NCBI GenBank assembly: GCA_963575745.1
Contig: CAUYUJ010000210.1
Coordinates: 62,001 to 116,782, forward strand
From: Prorocentrum cordatum
Lineage: Eukaryota
Direction: 5' to 3'
Length of the DNA: 54,782 bases
In this document: piece after piece, positions 27,199-39,507 of the stretch
Layout of the letters: each line of letters begins with the position of its first letter
How positions within the stretch are numbered: the first letter of the stretch is position 1
The notes under the pieces: generated by a model
Told to the model about the DNA's origin: nothing
The model's database searches: none
The model's input: the letters and a program-made list of their open reading frames with translations, nothing else
Program-made: the position numbers and the translations under genes

Positions 27199-28106
27199 AT
27201 ACAAGATCATTGGACGTTTTCGGGGGGCGCGCTGGGATCGCCTGGAGGGCCTCGTCGAAAACGCCGCCGATCCGGCGTGTGAGTTTCTGAGAGCGTGGAC
27301 TTGAGCTCGCTCAAACTTCGCTCTGCAGGGGGGGGGACGCTATTTCCGACGTCATTTCCGACGTTTTTCGGTACACGGTGATATTTCCGACGTCATTTCC
27401 GACGTTTTTCGGTACCCGGGGACAGGGGGGTATAGAAAACTCCACTTCCGGAGCCCCGACCGCCCAAGACAGCCCAAGAGGAAGCCAAGAGAGGCCCCAG
27501 AGGCCCCCTAGACAATGCAAGAAGGCCCCGAATCGCCGAAACATCGCTCGAACCGCCCAAGATGCCCCGAAGACAGTTCCAGAAACCTCCAAGACGTCCC
27601 CAGGATCCCTCACGACACTTCCCAAGAATGCCCAAAGACTGACAAATAGACCCATTCCGTTGGGAAAACGTACATTTTCGGCATATTCATTTCTTGGGTC
27701 TTCACAATGTCCAAGACGGCCCCAGAGCTCCCTAAGACACGCCAACAGGCCCCCAAGAGGGCTCCAAGACGGCCCCCGAAGGGCCCAAGACGGCCCCCGA
27801 AGCGCCACAAGACGACCCAAGTCCAGAGCCCAGACCGCACAAGACGGCCCGAGAAAACGCCAAGAGAGGCCCAAGAGGCCCCCTAGACGGTCCAAGAGGG
27901 CCCCGACTCGCCGAAACATCGCTCCAAGCCGCCCAAGATGCCCCCAAGACGGCTCCAGAAGCCTCCAAGACGTCCCCAGGATCCCCATCATCATTTCGCT
28001 CTCACCCCCCCCCGGATCGGCGGCACTGGCCGGAGGCCAGCCCAATAATACAAGATCATTGGGCGTTTTCGGGGGGCGCGCTGGGATCGCCTGGAGGGCC
28101 TCGTCG
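27199..28106 (+). mobile_element. 849-bp CCCAAGA-rich element bounded by 59-bp direct repeats
   Basis: ATACAAGATCATTGG(A/G)CGTTTTCGGGGGGCGCGCTGGGATCGCCTGGAGGGCCTCGTCG at 27199-27257 and 28048-28106 (1 mismatch). Hairpin CTGGCC-GGA-GGCCAG lies just before the second copy. Confidence 0.65.
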
Positions 28107-28199
28107 TCAACGCGCGAATCGCATGGACAGTCCGGTCGACACGCAACCCTGGAGAGGTCCCGGGATCGACTCTGACCTAGAGGAAAGAAGGAGCAAAGC

Positions 28200-29400
28200 A
28201 AACCTTGGATGCATCAGGGATGCTGCATGTACGGTAAATTCAAACTCGTGCGGCGTCGGCGCGCGCAAAAGTTTCGGACACCGCGTCCACCGCTCAATCT
28301 TGAACCGATCGCGGCCCCGATCATTCAAATTGAATTCCGTCGGGTCCTGTGGTGTTACCGTGCTCCTCGGTGTTTCCGCGTCGTTCGATCATGCGGAATT
28401 CAACCTTGAACGCCTTCGCTAGTGTCGCCAGCGCGCCATCGACGCATGAACCCACAACGACCAGAGTAAACCCTGGATGCATCAGCGCTGCTGCAAATAG
28501 ACCCAAATCCCCTCCCAAGTACCTGCGGCTTTTCGCTCCACTGCGTACGGGAAGCACCCCCTTGAAAGACAGGAACAAACCTTGACGAGAACCCCATGTT
28601 CCGAGGATCTCCCGTCGATCCAGCTATCAGGGACACAACACAGAAAACCAGGAAAGTCATAGGGAAACCATATGAGAGCTGCGTGTTGGTGAGAAGCCGC
28701 CTTCCATCTGCCGCACAACTCAAATGTGCCGCCACAGCCATGCAACAGATCAAACACGCCCATCTGCTGTCAAGGAGCCGGTCTCTCTCGGTGAACCTGT
28801 TCTACATGCTACAACTTTCCGAGATCAAACCTGAGGACGTCTCAAGTAACAGCCAAAGTCGAACAGGAGCGGGTCTCGTTCTGCAAACCCGTTGCGCAAT
28901 GTTGCACGGATGGTCGGAAAACCTCTTGGGATCTCAATTGAGAGCGCAATAATGGGAAAAAAAACTCCCTCCATCTGTGTAGCCGCTGGGAGGGATGTAA
29001 GCAAATTCGCGCGGCGTTGAAAAGCGAACCGAATGCTGAAAACGATTCGACCCCCATCTGTGCAAAGTACCTGGGAATACTTAAGACGAGAGTGCGCGGT
29101 GCTTGAGCGAGAGAGGCAATTTGAAACCGATTCGCCCTTCAACGCTAAAGCGTCACCAAACATTTGAAAACAGCAATTTGCCCAGTAATGACCAAGTGGA
29201 GGATATCCGTAGTCGCAAGCATGCGATTTGATGATCATGTCGCTCATGTACTTATTCGTGTTGTACTTGTACGTTGCGCAATAATGGTCCCAGGTCATGC
29301 TTCGGGGTAGTGGGCCTTACGGTCGCCATGGCGAATATGTACACTAAGCGAAGCGTAGAAACAGGCCCGCACGCGCAGTGGGTGGCCCCAAGGAGGGAGG
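28200..29400 (-). pseudogene. Possible decayed enzyme gene in a lower-GC unique segment
   Basis: Non-repetitive sequence with broken reading frames. SVHIRHGDRK resembles the fucosyltransferase HxRxGD motif; YLGGDLGLFAAAL loosely resembles a SAM-binding loop. Confidence 0.25.
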
Positions 29401-31600
29401 CCAGCCGCGCGCACACCTTTTAACCGAACGCAGAAACAACGATGCACGATCACATGTCGAAGCAGGCACCACCAACCTTCTGTTTGGAGGGGAAGGGGCG
29501 GCGCAGGATAAGGGGCGAGGGGGGCGTTGCTAATGACTCCCCCCGCGGCCGTCGACGCACAGGGACTCTGCGCGCCGATGGACATTAGCACGTTGGCCAA
29601 CGCTCCGCGCTCCAGGCAGACTGCCCGGGGCGCAAGAGCGCACAGCACGGCGGGACGCGCGGGCCCGATGTCGGCAAGTCTGAGGGTTGCAAGCCGTCGC
29701 GCCACCCCAGGGCGCATGGGCCCCCACGGCGCCAAAGGCAGAAACGTTCAACGGCGCGCGCGGCAAGGATGGCACCCACTAGTGGCAGAGCCAGCAAGAC
29801 AAACCAAAGCACGCCAACTTATTCCACAGTTACCGCCGACCCTCGCGCCGCGCCAGCGTGCCAGGACGCCCACCGCGGAGTGGCGAGTCGCCCTTCCTCA
29901 CTTCCAGGACGCTCATCACATCGTGGTAATTCGCCCACCCTCAGCATGAGGATTCGCGCCAGCGATCATCCCAGCCCCACCGACTGCCCCAGCCACGCCA
30001 GTTAGACCAGCTGCCAGGGCCCCACCACGAGTTGTTCCACGACGACCACGGCGAACCCCCCTCCTGGCCCCGACGGGGCTCCTCGTCAGCGGTTGTCTCC
30101 CACATACCCCGCGTCGAGAAGCGCCGAGGCGGCGGGGGCCGCCGTTGACAATGCCCGATCACGGGCACGCAACTCCCACGGCGTCGGCGGGCGGTCGCGG
30201 CGCCGCCCTGGCGCAGGGCGATCGCGGGGCCCCCGCCTTTGCCAGCGGCGGCAGGGGAGGCCCCGCGGCCTGACCCCACGGACCTGCCCTTCCCGGTCGG
30301 AGCTAATCGCGCAGAACATGGGCGCGCCGTGGGCTGACTGGACCGGAGGGCGCTTGCTGCCCGCGCGACCGCGCTGCCGATCGGGCTCCGACGCAGCGCC
30401 CGAAACATAATCTCGAATCACTGGCGGCCCCCGCGAACTGCGCCTCGGACCCATCGGGTTCGGCCGAGGCACGTCTGAATTGAACCAGATCTCGAACACG
30501 ACCAACGCAGCGTCGACGATGCACCCCTGGAAATGCTGAATCGCCATGCGCCGAAGGGCAGAGCGATCAGGCGACCGGGCGTCTTGCAGTACGCCGCGGC
30601 GCTGGTGAGATGCCCACCGTATAACGTTGCTGAAGATATGGCAACCAATCCTCGACATTCGGGATGTTCGCCTTCACCGTTCCCTTCGCGTCGTCGGCCA
30701 CGTCCGCGACACAGTCGCGGATCATGGCGACGGTCTCCTTGTGCGCGCGCACGATCTTCAGCTGATGCTTCACGCCGTCCACGCACTTGAGCTACACTGG
30801 GGCGTCGTCGCCCAGGTCCCCCGCACTGCGCGGGCACGCGAAGTCCTTCGCCTCCTCGATCGCCACGCGAAGTGTCCACATGGTCCAGCAAGACCCATGC
30901 AGCACAGATTTATGGTCGCAGTCCGCGGGAGCCGGTGGCTCCGCCCAGCTGCTTCACCTCGGATAGCACCTCCAACGAAGATAGCTTGGAGCCGAAATCT
31001 GGTGCATTGTGCACGTTGATGAAGTTGGTCGCAGCCTGAATCATAGAGCGGTCCTGTCCGGTGAAGTCGCTGTCTCCCCTGACCGCCTTCATTCGGTCAC
31101 CGCGACGTAATCGCGCCCTGGAGACGCATTCCCTGGTCGCGCGGGCGGACCCGAGCACCTCGGGCACTGCCGACATAGCCGGCAGCTGCCTTATGCACCG
31201 CGGGTGTGGGTCTCTCTTGGCCACTCGCACCCCGACAATCTCGAAGCGGCGCGGCACCGCATGGCGGGGCGGACCCGGCGCCACAGAAGACCTCGAGATG
31301 ACAGTGGAAGCATAGACGATGCCCAGTACGTTGCGGCACCTGGCACTGCAAACCAAGAAGCCGTCGTCACTCCACGGGGGAATCGCATTGTTCGTAGACT
31401 CCGTCGCGGAAAGCCCGGCATCTTCGTCGCCTTCAGTTCTCGCGATCTGCTCATCGCACTTGATCCTATCGACGCGCGCAGACTCGGGCATGGGAATGAG
31501 GGCGACACCGCGGGGCCGGCGATCGCACGTCAGCACCCGCGACGCCTCGCGCACAACCTTACCGACAATCAAACTGCAAGCCTGGCGCGAGCCCCGGACC

Positions 31601-32454
31601 TCAGAGGCGACGCAGGGCGATGTGGACCCCGCCAAGCATGACCCAGAACTCGCGCCCATCGGAAATGCGGGCCGCAAAGGTCAGCGCGATGTGTCCGTCG
31701 AGCTTCGTCGAGCCACCCAGGTCGAAAGCTTCGGGGTCCAGACCGTCGCCGGTCGGACCCCGCGCCCATCCATCTGGGCGCGTCAGTTGCAGCAGGCCCC
31801 CACGGCCCTTGCCGCGCACGTTCCGCTCGACGAGCCGGGCGCCACCGCGCGCGCCCAGGACGACCTGGGGCCCCGCCCACATCGCGGCTGGCGACCTCGT
31901 GGCAAGCGCGCCTCGCGGGCGAGAAATTGAAGTAGCGGCGCTGCGGCGCTCCCTCGAGATCTGGCTCTCGCAAGACGAACGCGCCGTTCATGGACTGCCT
32001 CGCGGCGGATTCGTCGAGCGGGGCAACGAGGGGCGCGCGCATTTCACGGCAGCTGGGCTCGCGACGCACGCGCTGCCCTTCGGCTGCCGAACTCGGATGG
32101 AGTGCCGATTTCACGTCCGAGTAAGAAGCGGCCTCGCTGCCGGTGGCTCGCCATCTCCGCCGACGGCCGCACAGTTGCCCCCCCGTCGCTCGCGGCCAAA
32201 GCGACCCTCCTACAATGCGCGCTTGGATGCGGCGGCGTCTATGCCGTCTGCGACCTCCGCGCACAAGAGCCAAGATCTGGACCGCGTTCTTCGGCAGGGT
32301 GGCCACGGCCCACGGCGCGCGCGACGCGCACCCGAGAAAGGTCGATCCCCGCAAAGCCAATCCGATTGACCAACGCCCCGATCTCCAGCCAGCCACCTGA
32401 GCTGACTACGTGGAAAGAGCTGCGCCTCAGCACAATCAGAATGACGCCCGCCAA
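31601..32454 (-). pseudogene. Decayed Tpt1/KptA-like RNA 2'-phosphotransferase domain within a larger decayed ORF (~29941-34150)
   Basis: Collinear motifs across frameshifts: ILIVLRR...GGWLEI (cf. LS.VLRH...GW..I), PKNAVQI (K.RF.I), WPRATGG (IRA.QGH), QRRYFNFSP (R.HVHFS), DGHIALTFAARISDGREFWVMLGGVHI (..I.ID......DG..F..S.NGV.L). Confidence 0.5.
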
Positions 32455-35400
32455 TCTCGCCGTCTATTCCGTCGACGCGCCACTGCGACGAGCGTGCATT
32501 TGCGGCCCAGGCGAAGGAACTGGGCGCGGGCTCGCGACACTGCGCCTCGCCAGGAGATGACGATCGGCCGCCTCGCGCTCGCTGATCACCAGGGCGCGAG
32601 GGTGCTCGAAGAGGGCGTCGCCCACCATGTCCCCGCCGTAATTAGCTCGATTGCCCGCCGCTGGCCTGCTCATGGAGCGCCCTGGCCGACTGCGCCGCAG
32701 AGCCAGCGTCGCGCGCAGAATCGCAACCACGCGCGGGGTTGGCACCCAAGCGGCGCTAGCAGTCGGCCAGGCCCCCCTCGCCCAACACATGGCCGACCAT
32801 GCGCGCCTCGGAATGCTCGAGCCTGTCGCACGCAATGTCGCCTTGCCCCTGTACGCCCCCCCCTTGATCACCTCTCGTTGAAGCTGAATTTCCCTCGGCG
32901 GGGGCGGCGCCGCCGCCAGCTCGAAGCATGGCCAGAGGCCGTCGCAGGGAATTCCGCCGGGGATGGCGAGCAGAATCACGGCTGGGGGATGATGGATGGC
33001 CTCCTCGCCGGCGCCGACGCTCTTCACGTCTTCCTCCTCCGCTGTCGGGGGTCCGCTGACATCGCAAGCCTCTCCCCCCTCTACCTTCTGAGCCGCATCC
33101 AGTCCTCCTGCGTGTCCGCTTTCACCCCCGCGTCCTCTGCTTCCTGCTCGGCGCCCTCGGACTTCGCAGATCGCGGCCCCTCCTCGTCGTCGCCCGCGTC
33201 TTCCTCCTCGCCAGCGCCCGCGAGGCCCACCTCGGTCACGATCCCGCGCGGGGCAGCCTTTGGCACAGGTGCTTGACTGGCCGGGGCCCGCGCCAGTCCT
33301 TGCGCGCGGTCGCTCGCGACACAGTCGCGAGACGACCCCGCGTTGTCAGATCCCCCTCCCCCTCGCACGGAATCCCCACCTCGGCCACCCCCCTCTGCAA
33401 TCTCCTCTGCCGCGCCGGCGGCGTCGGAAGCTGGAGAGTCGGGCTCGCCCGAATCGCCGCTCAAGTCGAGGCTAGTTCTGGCTGCGCCCATCGGCTGAAC
33501 CACCTCTCGCGCGGAGCACCGATGTCCCGAGTGCCTGGCGGTGTCCTCTTGAAGGGCGAGCATTGAATCACGGGGCGGAAAAGACTCCGCCCCCTCGAGC
33601 GTCTCGACGCCACGCGGAAACAGCCAAGCAGAGCGCACAGGTATACCTGACGCGCGCAGGCCTCGGCGCGCGCCGCGAACAGGCCAGGCGCATTTTGGGC
33701 CCGGCGCTGGAGCACGCTCATCGGGAGCGGAGGCGGTCAGCGACACGGGGGCCCCATCGCGCGGACCTGGCCCCTGGCCCGCCGGAGAGCCAGCGGCGTT
33801 CTCAAGGGCGGCACCTCGGCAGCATAGCAGCTGTCGACGAAGCCAGCCACGCCCAAGCGCCCCCAGGCGCTGCGTCCTGAGTCCAATCCCTTCTGTCGGA
33901 GTCGCATGGGATCCCCCTTCGCCCGCTGGTCTCCTGGCAACAAACGCGCACCGCTCCTGCCCTCTGCCCTCGAGCACTGGGCCGGCGCCTTGCCGGCCGC
34001 CGGAACGCCCGCGACATGATTGCAAGACGCCCCTTCGTCATCGCCCGCGGTTTCACCCCCCTCCTGCACGCGGCCGAAGCGTCTGAACTCACATTAGACA
34101 TCTTCCGCGGCACGACGGGCGCAACGAATATCTCGGCCAGCGTCGGCGATGCGAACGTTGCCCGCGACGCCCATCATGCCCTCCACGCACGTAAATCTGC
34201 GCGTTCTCCGAGTGGACCGATGCCGACTTGCACATATGCCCCGCGTCGAGGTTCGAGGAGACGCACAGATTGGCGGGCCAGTCTGCGCGAAAGTCTCTCG
34301 GCAAGACCTCCACTACTGGATCTGAATATTCCTGCGCTCCTTGACTTCCTCCGTTCGTTTCGACTGTCTCTTGGGCCGCGTCGCCGCCCTGTCCTCTTTT
34401 GCGCCACATAGTGAACGTCCAGGCTCGCGGTGCCACGGATGCATTTCTCCCCGGCGGCTGCTTCGACGGCCCCCGAACCTCTGCCCGCGGCTCGATCCAC
34501 GGGCAGTCGCGGCCCTCGAACCCCTGCGCGCGGACGGGCCGATGATCGGCTCGAAATCGCACTCGAAGGCGGGGGCCCAGACTGTCCGCGCCATATATAT
34601 ACCCACAGACCCCCGCGATAGGCATGCGCGGCGGATGCGAAATAGAACCCGACGGCTATCCTGAACACCTGGCCCGGACGGGGGCAGCAATACTGATTAT
34701 TGCCGCGCTGCCCGGGGCCCGCGCCCCCGACGCCGGCCGGGGGCGCAACGAGTTCAACATCGCAAGTGACACAGAGGCCAACGCCACGCATTCCCCATGC
34801 CCCAGAATACTGCGCACGAAGGCACGGGATAATCCTGCCGCCCGCGAACGCATGGACCCCTTTCCGCCGCCACCCCAGAGGGCGAACAGGGTTTTGCTCT
34901 GCCGCCATCGGCCCCCCGCGAGGGGGCGAAGACGCCCGCGCGCGAATGCGCGGGCCAGAGGAGGAGGAGGAGGAGGAGGAGGAGGAGGAGGAGGAGGAGG
35001 AGGAAGAGGAGGAGGAGGAGGAGGAGGAGACCCCTTGCCCGACCATGGCTTCTCTGGCTACGCGAACGGGCGCGAAGGGGCGCCTGCCCCGGCCGAGGCA
35101 CCCTCGACACCCACGGCGCGCAGTCGTCGAGCCGCCAGCAGCTCGACGATGCAGTCGCCGAGAGTGCCCGGGGCCGGCGCGGGCGAGCACGCCGCCCTGA
35201 GTCTCGCGGCAGGCAGCGCCTCGGCACTGGCAGGGAGCCCCCATTGCTTGCGGCGCTCTGCGCCATCGGCTGCAGACATTTGCCCGAGCTGCCGCGGGGC
35301 CAACTCTCCACGAGGACGCCTCTTCGGGGGCAGCTGGCAGTCACTCCGCGGGCCTGCCCGCGCGCGGGGCCCCGACGTCGCCAGCGGCGCGCCCCCTGCC

Positions 35401-36817
35401 AGCGGCGACAGAGGCCTTCTGATGCTCGAACGCGCGCGCGCACCACTGACCCCCCCCCCGTCCAACTCGCACCTCGGAGAAGCCCGTCCATCGGCAGACG
35501 TCGAACGCGCCGAGAGGCTGTCCTGGATGATGTGTAGTGCTCGGACGGAGTCTTGCGCCACGCCGCGTGAGCCGCCGACGCAATCGGCTGACTCCGCGGA
35601 CTTGGCCGCGGCCGGCCGCGCAGTGGTACCAACTCCCTTTGGGCGGAGCATGGCTACTCGTGACCTCCGACTTCTCGACAAGTCGCAGCGCGCGTGCTCG
35701 CTGGGGATACCGCCCACTTGCCCCTCAATGGCAGCCCCTCATCGCAGCCCAGCTGCGACAATATCTGAGGGGCAACACCCATGTAGTCCGGAGCAGACAA
35801 CGTCGGGCAAGCAGACGGATTGAACGGGCGAGTGTCTCCACAGTCCGTCTTCAGTGCTGAGCCGCCCACCGATATCCTGTTGACAAGGCGACGGGTCCTG
35901 GGCCGATTGGCCCGCGGCGGAGGCGGCGCCACTGGCGGAGGCGGCACGAGGCCGGCGCTCCCAGACGCCGAACCCCTTATCCCTCGCACCAGGAGGAGCC
36001 CACACGAGTGAGACAAGGCCTAGAAGGGCGCTCTGGAAGGCTCTACAAGGGCCACGGCTTCACGCCGTATGTTGTACTGATGCCTCACAATCGCCTTCTC
36101 GCTGTCGAGGGGGCTGAGATCGGGGGTCGAACGCGCGGTATTGTACACATGGTAAGCACGAACAATCCTCTCGACGATCTCAGGAACGGGATGACCGTCG
36201 AGCCCGAGACGCGAGGCTGGACAAGCAGGAGGCACCTCGAAGTAAAATACAAGCCTACACAAAACTGGGCACATGAAATAATGCGGAAAATCGCCCCGAC
36301 AGGTAGCGAGACGAAAACAACAGATTCCAATCTCGGGCGCGCGCAGTCTGGCGCTGGCCAAACCAACCTCCTACTACTCTTGAGAACTGCGCTCTGCCAA
36401 GCTGGTGGGCCGCCATTCCGAACGAGGACTCTGAAGGCTACCTAGGACTGCTCTGAAAAAAAGCCCCCAGGAGGTCATCCGTTTGGCAAAATGTGCACTG
36501 GGGGATATCCGGATAGAGGAGGTCCGAAGAGAGGAGGAGAGGACCCTTCGCACGCGCACCCGCCCATGCCCCGAGGGTTCAGCGAGGGCGGCGAGCGCGA
36601 TCCGAGCGACAGAGGCGCGAGCCTTCAGTGGGAACGCGGCCTCCGAGGCCTCAGCAATGTCGAGCACCAGTGGACCCTTGCCGATATCCGCCAGGCTGCC
36701 GCGCTCGAAGGTGTCGGCGCGCGGCTGGTCCAGGAGGCCGCTCCAGTTCCGCGCTGCGCCGATGGCCGCCCGCATGCGCGTGGCCAGGCTGAGGGTGATC
36801 ATGCTCGCAGGCCGCAG

Positions 36818-36977
36818 CTAACCAGCCTCGAACGTATCAATATTCCCAAGATTAACAAGCCAAAAGTCGACTACAATCTTAGGGATGCACCCTGAGAAAC
36901 GGACGGGATCCCTAAGATCGGCATCGAGATGAGGCGATGCCAATCATAGGGATAGGGATATGTTCCATGCTGGTGAG
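36818..36977. mobile_element. MITE, 160 bp, ~36-bp imperfect TIR, 3-bp TSD (CAG), inside the LINE remnant
   Basis: CTAACCAGCCTCGAACGTATCAATATTCCCAAGATT pairs with AATCATAGGGATAGGGATATGTTCCATGCTGGTGAG. Inner IR ATCTTAGGGAT/ATCCCTAAGAT; CAG on both flanks. Confidence 0.75.
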
Positions 36978-37640
36978 CAGCGCCGACCAACTTCCAACTC
37001 CGAGGAGGCCATCCCGCGAGACCGACTGAGGCGGCCCGAGCTCTCGCCAAGCCCAGGCGCGGGGGGCAGCGGCAGCAGCTGCGTGATGCAGCCCAGCACC
37101 AAGAGCACCCTCGCGTTACAGAGCACCGTCGTCACGTACACGGGTGCTCCGACTCGTGCCAGCTCGCGTGCGCGATGCATCCACTTCGCGCCCTGCTTCT
37201 GCCACGCGTCGTCCAGCGTGGCGCTGGGCCCGAGGATGAACCCCAGGTACTCCGCGAAGGGGGCCATCTGCTCCCAGCCTGGCAGCGCCTGCGCGAGCCA
37301 CGCGGTCGCGCTGGTGGCGAGCTCCTGCGAGAAGCCCGCGCTGAGCGGCACCACCTTGCATTTGGCGAGCTGCGGTGCGAGGCCCTCTAGCGCCTCTGCC
37401 GCCGCGGAGACCCTCCGAAGGCTGAAGAGAAGGCGGCGGCCCTGCAGCAAGGCGCCGACGTCGCCCGCGCAGACGCCCAGCGCGGAGGCGGCTAAATCGG
37501 ACAGATTGCTGTTCTCTGGAAACTCATGCCTAAGCAAGTCGTGGATCACCTCCGGAAGCCCGTGCCCAAGTAACTTGTTGCTCTTCTCCGCAAACCCACG
37601 TCCAAATAACGTGTTGCTCTTCCCCGAACCCCCATGCCCA

Positions 37641-38470
37641 AATTCGCCGGCCCAACGGGCCAGAGGCGTGCTAAGATCTCCGGTAACTGGTTAACAATTG
37701 TATTGTACTAGTTCGCGCGCGCGGGGCGGCCCCTGGGGGTCCCCCGGCGAAAAGTACCCCGCCCGCCGCCTGGCAAGGTCCCGCCCGGTTCAACTCAGAG
37801 ATGGTTTTCCTTCTGGGTGCGGCCTCTCAGGCCGCCCTGAGCGCGCCAAGAGTGCCCCAAGAGGCCCCCAAGACTGCCCAAGAGGCCCCCGAGACGCCCA
37901 AAGAGCGCTCGAAGACGCCGAAGATGACCCCAAGACGGCCCAAAAGGCCCCCAAGACAGCCCAAGAGGCCTCCAAGACGCCCCAAGAGCCTTCCAAGAGG
38001 CCTCCGAAGAGAGCCCCAAGAGGCCAAAATCGTTGATTTTCATTGGTTTTTTCGATGTTTTTTGTGTTCTGGCTTTTTCGGCTTCCGGACGCTCCAAGAC
38101 GGCCCAAGAGGCCCCCAAGACCGCTCCAAGACGGCCCACGAGGCTCCCAAGACGGCCCCGGAACGGCCCAGGAGGGCCCCCAAGACGGCCCAAGTGCCGC
38201 CCAAGACGGACCAAGAGGCCCCAAGACGGGCCCAAGAGGGGCTCAAGAGGGGAACCGAGAACTGAAAAATCGAGCCCTCCGCCCCAGAAGGCGCCCAGGA
38301 GGCCCCAAAAAGGCCCCAAGAGGCCCCCAAGAGGCCCCCAAGACGCCCCAAGAGGCGCCCAAGAGGCCCAAAAGAGGCCCCAAGAGGCCCCAAAACGGCC
38401 CCCAAAACTCGGCTAGCCCACAACGGTGCGACAATATGGGCCGGCGGAATGAGCGAAGCGATTAATAAAT
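37641..38470 (+). mobile_element. Non-autonomous element with asymmetric TIRs (Helitron2-like), inserted inside the LINE RT
   Basis: Same termini. Removing it regenerates CCCATGCCC-AAAT-AACTTG, matching neighbouring ~36-bp repeat units. Confidence 0.8.
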
Positions 38471-39507
38471 AACTTGGTGCCACAGGGGAGATCTCCTCCA
38501 TGCGGGCCACGACGGGGTCCATGGCCACGGCCCACAGCGAGCCCGACCGAGGGCAGCCCTGCGCGATGCCTGCCGAGACCATCATGAAGCGCTGCAGCGC
38601 GCCCTCGAGGGAGACGAAGGCATGCGGCACCCAGTGCATGCCCATCATCGGCAGGAAGAGGCCGCCCAGGCACTCCGCCCGCAGAAGAACCGCCCTCAGA
38701 GAGGACACCGCCAGGGACGGGAAAGCGCTGCCGAAGACGAAGAGGACCATGAGCAACAGGCGCTGGTCCCTGGCGGATGAAAGGCCGACCCGACGCGCGG
38801 TGCTATCGAGAAGGGTGACGTTGTCGAGGTAGTTGCGCCCTGGTAAGATACCCCTCTGGGATTTGGGGGAGTGGCGCTCGATGATGTATTTGCCTCGATG
38901 GTTGACGATTTGCCTCGATGGTCGACGTCGCCGCCAAGAGCTCCGCGTCAATGTTCTTGAGGGCGAGGGGACGCGCGGTGGCAGGCGTGCGCGTAGGGCC
39001 CGAGGAGAGATCAGCATCCTCGGCCCCTTCTCTGCAGAAAGGCCATCGAATGGCCGTTGAGATGCGACGGCGGCGGGAAGCCCTGCGCGCTCTCGACGCC
39101 GACCCTCGCGGGGCCCTCCACGAGGGCGAGGACAGCCGCGGCGACTCCAGGCGTCGCGGGGCAGACCGTCGGGGCCTGGAGCTGGATCGCGAGCTCGCTG
39201 CGCAGACCGCTCGAGGTCGCGACTGCCAGGGAGGCGAGCGCCCCCAGGCCCGCGAGAACCACAGGATGAGCATCCAGACATCGGCCCGCAAGAGGAGGCT
39301 CGGAGGGGTCTCGCTGAAAGGTTGACACGGGTGTTTCTTCAATTCCTCTCGAGCACGTCAGCCTGGGAGTTTACGATCTGCTCAGCGCCATCCCGCTTGA
39401 AGCCTCGTATATACGTATATATGCGCTCAGTGGAAGGAAATTCCATGGGTCACCTCTGGGGGGGGGGGGGGGGGCAGGGCCACTTTTGCGGCCCCTTCCT
39501 ACAGCGG

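Larger units (their letters stand above)
36540..39340 (-). pseudogene. Decayed non-LTR (LINE-like) retrotransposon reverse transcriptase, interrupted by insertions
   Basis: RT motifs in order across frameshifts: APGPDGLP, RPLALKNID, QRGILPGRNYLDN, LFVFGSAFPS, GIAQGCPRSGSLW, VCAGDV (YADD position), KCKVVP, EYLGFILGP. Confidence 0.85.

Noticed and set aside
26928..27200. N-terminal extension of the channel ORF from ATG 27200
   Set aside because: It is (CCT)n microsatellite lying upstream of the relict SL; ATG 26927 is the plausible start.
31045..31085. GDSDFTGQDRS as viral RdRp motif A
   Set aside because: No credible motif B (SG...T...N) or properly placed GDD motif C downstream.
36008..36445. 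145-aa plus-strand ORF
   Set aside because: Non-ATG start, no recognisable motif and no splice or SL support.
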